Of a stretch of DNA of 64,000 nt, positions 56,780 through 64,000 are shown piece after piece. Position numbers and translations under genes: made by a program. The DNA is from the human T2T-CHM13v2.0 reference genome, Homo sapiens. The stretch is from NCBI RefSeq assembly GCF_009914755.1, contig NC_060929.1. The stretch is one strand, 5' to 3'. The stretch's first letter is position 1. Each line of letters starts with the position of its first letter. The notes beneath the pieces are model-generated. The model did no database searches and was not told the origin of the DNA. It was given only the letters and a program-made list of their open reading frames with translations.

Positions 56780-59700
56780 GGCATTGTTTGATTTTCCCTC
56801 AAAATTTTTAAAGTCAATTTAAATAAAACATATATTTCTTGGTTCATAGGAAATAATTAGTGGGCTTTTAACATCGGATATTTCTTGGTGGTGAGTCCAT
56901 ATTTTAAAAAAAGCAAACAGAAAACATGGAATATAACCACAGAAATGACAGCTAACTTGGGATGTGAAAAAGGAAAAAAAATTAAGAATAGTCAAGTTTA
57001 GAATACTGATAAGGGCTCATTTCACCAGCCTGTCTCTACTACTGGGGCATAATTGTGTCCGTTGTAAATAAGTTTTATTTAGACATAAATTGTGATCTCT
57101 AAAGAAGAATAAAAGCTTTTGAAAGCTTTTTTCTTTAAGGCCCTTCTTAACATAGCTAAGTGTTTTGGCGCTCACTAATATGCTACATTTTTAAAAGTTT
57201 TGTGATCTTTGATTGCATACTGTTTACACAATTGAAAGTACTTTAAAATTAAACAATTGAAGCAAGAAAAATTACCAGTTGAGTATCTTGCAGCTCATTT
57301 TTTGTATTTTAGAAATTACAGTATTGTGTTTTATTATAGCATGTCTTATTGTATATTTCTGTACCATTATTTCTATTCTACTAAATTTTGTATATCCATT
57401 TTGATTCCCATTCAAATAAATTTAGTTCTTGTAATTATTCAGTTTATTTCATTTTCTGTTAACTTAAAGTTCACATAAATAGAATTAAAAGAATTTAGGA
57501 CTTTACTTTTTCTATCATCTGGGATACTTTTTGGGATAAATAAAAGATGGGGAAATTCTAACACCAGAATTTCAAATGAGTAAAACTTAAAGGAACACAT
57601 AAAAAAAAATAAGTAACCCAGTACTGAATTTTAAAAATTCTAATTTATTATTTGTAGTCACACTTGAAAATATTGATTCATTTAGTACAAATTTATTATA
57701 GTCTTTTCTGTGTAATGACTGTGTTTACATTTAAAGAATTTTCTAAAGAAAATATTTTGTTTATATCACAAGCATCATAGTTGTTTTAAAATATTCAATC
57801 TGATATAACTGAAAATTCATTAAATTTCTTACTCAGGTTATGAAAGATGTGGAGAATTATAAATACATGTATACTAATAAAGGCTTGCCAATTGTAGTAA
57901 ATTAATAATTTATAATATTACCACTATTAGAAATATATATAACTTATATATTTGAAATTAATCTGTAACATACTTACTTATGGTAAGGTGATTCCTATCC
58001 TTTCTTTTATGATTGTTTAATCTGTTTCTTATTTATAACATTCTTGATAACATTTTGTTTTTAATTCCCATAAACAAAATCTTGTTTTTTAGGTGAAATT
58101 TCTGGGAAAAGTGAAGCCCAATAAAGCCAAACTGCATGCTGAGGATCATAAGGTTGATTCGAATCAGCATCAGAACCCACGATTATCTCTGACTTAGATC
58201 ACTTCATAGTACCTGAGCCCCATCAGGAAGTTCCTGAATATAAATGTTTTCATTCTATTAACTCATTAGAAGAGCTTTAAATGCCTTCAGAAAACTGCTA
58301 CCATTTTTTACTAGTCTGACTTAACCCAATTACTCTGTTGTTTCTTGATTAAAATTGGTCTCTTTTATTTCTGAGATCCCTTCTTATTTACATACTATGT
58401 AATGTTTATGATTAATCTGAAGATGATAGTGTGTCTGTAAAATATCAGGAGAGCTGGGAAGATTTCAGAGATCCAAATATCACCAAAAAAGGAAATCCTT
58501 GATTTTTTTTTATTTAAAAAGCAGATACGTACCTATGAACTGGCATTGTACAATGTTGAAGTACAAAATAAAGTAAGAATTATTAATTATAAATATATTA
58601 GCTAGTTTATTGAGCAAAGTATTTGCTTCCCTAGGTAAAAAAATTAAGTTTTATAAGCAATAGATAGACAAAGACAAGAGAAAAATCATCATACAAATAT
58701 GTTAGAAGGAAGCTAACTTAAAATACACACTCATGGAAATTGAGCTATTGAAACATAATTAAGTTGAAAGTTTCATAGATGTCATGTTGTATTCTTAAGC
58801 TTATATTTCCCCAAATATGGTCTTGTGGAATATCAGAAAATTACATTAATATCAGCATTCAAAAACACATTATCATATAAACTTTTAAAATGGCAATTAG
58901 AGTGGGATAGCTTTTGCCTTGAGTTAACTACATGGGATAGTATAATAGTTACCCCAAAATGCCAGTGTATCTTTGAGTATGCACTTTGAAGCTAAGCCAT
59001 AGTCTATTTTTAGATGATGGTGTTACAGATCTCCACATGTATTCAACCCAACATAATGTGCCTATTTTACACCCACACTGAAAATAATGTGTGGTATGGC
59101 ATGAGAATTTAATATTAATTCCGTTTGATTATGCAGTTTAGAAAACCTGATTGATTGCAATTCAAAGAACACTTAAATTCATTTGTTCCATCTCTCTTAA
59201 TTAGACTGCTTGGCTTCTTTTATATAATTTGAAATAATAAATTTATTGCTGGACAGGTTTGAACAAACACAATCAATTAATTGGTATTGTGCTTCTATAG
59301 TGAAGACCCCAGCAGAGAGAAGGCTGTTTGACATGACGATGAGCCGTGGGATATGGGAAAAGACATTTTACAACATTTATTTATTCAGAAATGCATTGCA
59401 AAACTAGCCTGTTGAGAATGAACTGTTACTTTACAGAACAGTTTCCCAAATCATACATAAGATTTCAGTAGTATAGTAGGCATAGAAGATAATTAACAGT
59501 ATGAGAAATATTCAGAACCTAATAGACTTGCAAAACACAGGTAGATATAATGCAACTTTCAGCCACAATTTTCCTATCTTGAATTCAACTCAGCTGAAAT
59601 GCAGGTTATTTTTCTAGCTGTTAAATAGAGCATAGTTTGAATCTTTGTAGAGTGACTATTCTTAGAGTGTAACCAGATTCCTCTTTGCACGCAAATTTTC

Positions 59701-62700
59701 TTATTGTTTATTGTTTACCTTCAGATGCCTCTCCTACTCCTCCTGTCTTCTCTTACCCACTCCATACAAAATACTAAACACAATAATACAAATGGGGAAT
59801 TTTTACAAATGTATATGTTCAGTGTTCATATCTCAACAATCATCTCCACCCACTTTTCCTCGATGGAGACAACAGACCAGAGCAATCATTGGCCACTCAA
59901 ACGCTACTGCCTACTTCGTCTTATCCCAGAATCAGCAAAATGAGACATTGTGGAATCTAGACTTGCTCCTGTAGTGCAATTAATTTGGCTAAGGAGATCA
60001 ATTTTCTTACCCACATACCCCCAGTTCGAAACCTTGACATTATTTGCACTGTTCCTCTGTGTCAAAAACTAGAGTTGGAGTTGAGAATTCTGTTTAATTG
60101 AACTAAATCACTCCAAAGCTGAAATTTTTGTATGTGGAAAGGAGGGTAGATTATAATGAAATGTGTGCGCACTTACACAGAAAGGCAAACGAGCTGTAGT
60201 AAAGTGATTGTGGACTCTAGGGAGCCATTTGAAGATACGGGAAATGTTATTACTGATGGCAGTGGTAATAGATACTGTAGAAAGAGGTTATTTTTTAAGG
60301 ACATTGAACTTCTTTTCCCCTCCTTTGAGTTCTCGCACTAATTTTGCCCTGTTTTCTTGTCTTTGCTAGAAACAACAACCATTATTTCATCCAATCTATA
60401 TGTAATATATAAGTGAAAAGGCAAATGTTTGTTGCAGACTGCTTTTTAGAGCAGATAACTTCCAGAGGATGAAAATGTTTATTATTTTTTACTTGTTGTG
60501 TTGCCTTGCAAATACCCTATATATAACAAATAATTCTGATTATAATGAAGATGAGTATATTTGTCACTGGGAAAATTCAGTTCCTAAGGAATTTTTTTCT
60601 AAGTGACATGCAGCTAGTTTGTGCCAACTTTGGTTTTATAAGTTATTACCTGACAAAACTATGTGAAGCCAACTTCTGGAGCTTAAAAATATTAGATATG
60701 TCACAATGAATGAAGCATCACATTTCGCATGTTTTTATTTTTTTGTTCTTCACAGGCCCCCTGCAGCGCCACTGCTGACTTCTGGGTGGCACTGTAGAAT
60801 TTTAATAGTCCCAATTTCAGGCACAATTTGTTTTTTGTTGAAGTGTCAGACCTATTTTAATGGGAGCAAAAATCATGCAACTAGTCAGGTACAAAACAGC
60901 TTAGGGGAAATATCAGAGAATGTAGGAAAATAGACATTGCAATGACAGACTTTCATTTATAGCCTCAATTTACATATTCAGATCCTTACATTCTTTCAAA
61001 AATAACAATGAAATAAACACAATAATCAAAAACATGAATACAGTTCCTTATGTGATTCATTTGCATGTGGATAAGAAGGTATTTGAAATAGGACGTGATC
61101 ACCTTAGGAGATTAATAACCAAGCTAGTGTTGTAATGGCCTCAAAGAGGAAAAGGGACTTTCTCAGGAATTATTTCTTTCATAAAGTGAACAATCTTGTC
61201 CAGTGCTGGACAGCATATACCTTGGGATGAATAAATTATGATTGTAAATGAGAACAGAAAAAGTGCCCGCAACATATAGTCATACACTTGTGGTAACAAG
61301 AGGACAATGTCATTTTCTGTACAAATGCAAAGGGAAAAAATGATGTTAATAAGTCTTACTAAGTTTCAAGTCTTAAACAGGGATATGTAAAGCAGAAAAA
61401 TTTGGGAAGATACAAAACTGTGATTATCTTTGTTTGGGCAATGATGGAATATCTAGCTGAAATTATCTCTAGATCTTACATCTTATTCTTGTCAATCCTG
61501 TATGTTTATTGTTATCAAAAGTCTCCTCAATTGCCTATTTATCCAGGATTTAAAGACTCAGCTTAAATATAAAGAATAGATCACAAAATTTTACCAAATA
61601 GATCATATAAATGATGAAATAAAGCAATGCAAGAAATTGAAGTGCTTTCTAAAAACAAAAAAATCATAATGCATACAATTTTCTAAGTGCGTTTTATCCC
61701 ATGGGAAAGTTCAGACTTAATAATATCTGAAACTGTGCCATCCTGCTTTTATCATATTTCATATTGTAATTAAAATAACCATAGTAACAACTGCAGAGAT
61801 GTCCTTCCAAAGAAATATTTACAATGTGACTTTTATATTATATACATATGCATGTGTTTTCCTCATATATACTTAATATGTTCATCAAAGACATTTGTAT
61901 TTTATTTTAATTTACTTTCACAAGTAACTTTAGAATATTATGGCATTAAATGTTCTTTTCAGGAATAAAATCTAACTTTATAACACAAGGGATTAACCTA
62001 TTAAGTCTTGATAGGAACCAATTAACTTGTTAAAGCGGGATCATCTGCATTTTAACTCAGAGAAAATTGGTTAATTGTACACAGAAACATTTCCTTTAAA
62101 GGTGTAGGATGAGTCAAGCACAACTATCGAGAATGTTTGCGTTTAGCAAATTCTACTTTGATAATTGTTGCATACATATATAGTCTTAATAAATAGTAAG
62201 TTCCTTGAGAACATGGATTATGTTTCATTTATTTTTAATATTTTTTGTGCTCTTAGTACACTATATTAAAATAGTTATCATTCAATAAGTGCTTATTAAA
62301 CAGATAAGATTTACATTTTATATATCCATGAGTAGTGTTGCAAGGAAAAGCTTACACTTACTAGAAAGATAATATTTCATAGATGAACACATGAAAACAT
62401 TTTGAAATAACTTGTAGCTATTTCTGTATTCCAGGGAACTTAATTCCTTCCATATGAAATTCCTTTTATTATCATATTTATTTCCTAAATGATACTACAT
62501 CATTGACTCAAATTTTTTGTACAATAATCATTAGATTCTTCCTTGTTCATGGACTCCCTCCCCATTTCCCCAAATCCTTTCCCATTTCCCCAACTCCTTC
62601 CTTTGAACTTCCAATTGAATTTTGTCTGCACTTGGACAATAACACTTTCTTCTTTTCAGTTTTTCTTATTATTTATGTCTTTTATTCATATATATATTTG

Positions 62701-62709
62701 TGTCTTATT

Positions 62710-62945
62710 TACCCTTCTAGATTGCTCCTTGAAAATAGGATCTACATTTGTTTCATCTTAGTACCCCTCTAGCAATTCACAGAACATACTAGCAATTCAA
62801 TGAATTGAATGGATAAATAAATCATTAACAATTTATTAAGTACCCACTCTGTGTACAGCAGTGTGTGGGACCCTGAGGATACAAAGAAACATAAGAGATG
62901 GCTCTTGTTCTAGAGGAGCTTATGGTATTTAGGGGAAAACGCATA
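62710..62945. mobile_element. Two L2 3' ends, tail to tail
   Basis: Plus copy ends tgaattgaatggataaat (about 62820); minus copy begins tcattaacaatttattaagtaccc...gaggagcttatgg. Confidence 0.6.
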
Positions 62946-64000
62946 TGTGCATCAAAATATAACCATAGGTATTTATGGGTTCACAATTTCCATCACTTTT
63001 GCTTATCTTTCTTTATATTTAAAGTTTTAAAAAAATAAAGTTCACTTATTATAGTACAACTTATAAAATAGTCTTCATGGAAATAGTTTTATTCTTTTAT
63101 TTTGGCATGAACTGAATTCAAATTACAACTTTATCAAAACCAAACAGCTGTCAAGCCTTCGTGAGACTCAGCATGAACCTTCTCTTTGGGTAGGTGCACC
63201 TCTATGCTTACATATTGTTCCTCCTAAAAAATTACAACAGTTGCGTGTGCATGTAAATACAACCAGAGGCAGGCCTACAGAGAGAATCAGGCATAAATTG
63301 TAAAAGTAGTTTATTATTCCTTTGGATTCACAGGGTAAATTATTCATATGTGACTCTGTGAAGCACATCGAGTAAGTGGACTATTTTCCCACTCTACTTT
63401 AAATATCCCCACTCCGAGCTTTAAAAGTACTAGCAATATATTTTGGGGAGAAAATCTATACATTTCTCTTAGCTAATATCTAACTGAGGGCTGTCAAACA
63501 GAAGACTTAAATGTAGCATATACGATTTTCTTTTAAGTCATACCATTCTTTTTTCCTTTCTAATTAAATATTTTTAGAGGATACTAAGCATCGAGAACAC
63601 AAAACAGATATGAACTTAGTAACTACCGTGAAAAGTTCAAAAGAGGCATAAGGAGAGAATCGGATCTTCAAAGCTTGATCCTTCCCCTCTCCAGTAGATC
63701 TTGCCTAAAGCACCTATGTATTTCCATTAAAAAATGCTGCAGTTGTTATATCTTTTTCCCTTTTTAGCATTATGTAACAGATTTTGGCTGTATTTAAAAT
63801 TTTTAAAGAACTATGTTTTAGATGATAGGTATTTTAAACTACTAAATAGAGTATTGATGTGTGAGCAGATATTGTCTCATTTTGCACTCTGCAGCTGAAT
63901 GCCTGAGGCACCGCCAGGTAACAGTGGAAGAGATTTCAAGAAGCAGACAAGTCTCTATGCACCCATGCCAGCCAGCAATCAATCTCCTTCTTTCCTGCCC

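Overview
Primate, most likely human, gene-poor AT-rich DNA made mostly of interspersed repeats (AluY/AluS, L1PA/L1M, THE1C, HERV-L/MLT2A, MER11, MER21, MLT1, L2, MIR, hAT elements). I find no intact host protein-coding exon, RNA gene, CpG island or CRISPR array. Almost every ORF in the track is a fragment or antisense shadow of a retroelement. The dominant structure is a 20.5-kb nested stack (27001-47498): an old full-length L1M carries two Alus, a THE1C provirus whose 3' LTR is split by a complete HERV-L provirus, and an internally deleted L1PA15/16 with an inverted 5'UTR monomer. All of these lie on the minus strand and most have readable target-site duplications (TSDs). Other notable items are an L1PA7/8 with an open antisense ORF0, a 276-bp post-insertion duplication and an ORF1-ORF2 deletion; DUX4-type motifs in the LTRs; an ancient ERV1-like gag-pro relic; and an unexplained 41-bp direct repeat. 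Subfamily names come from my recall of consensus sequences, not from a search, and boundaries of old elements are approximate. I see no evidence of a new biological system. The findings are mainly genome-evolution scars and candidate regulatory elements.
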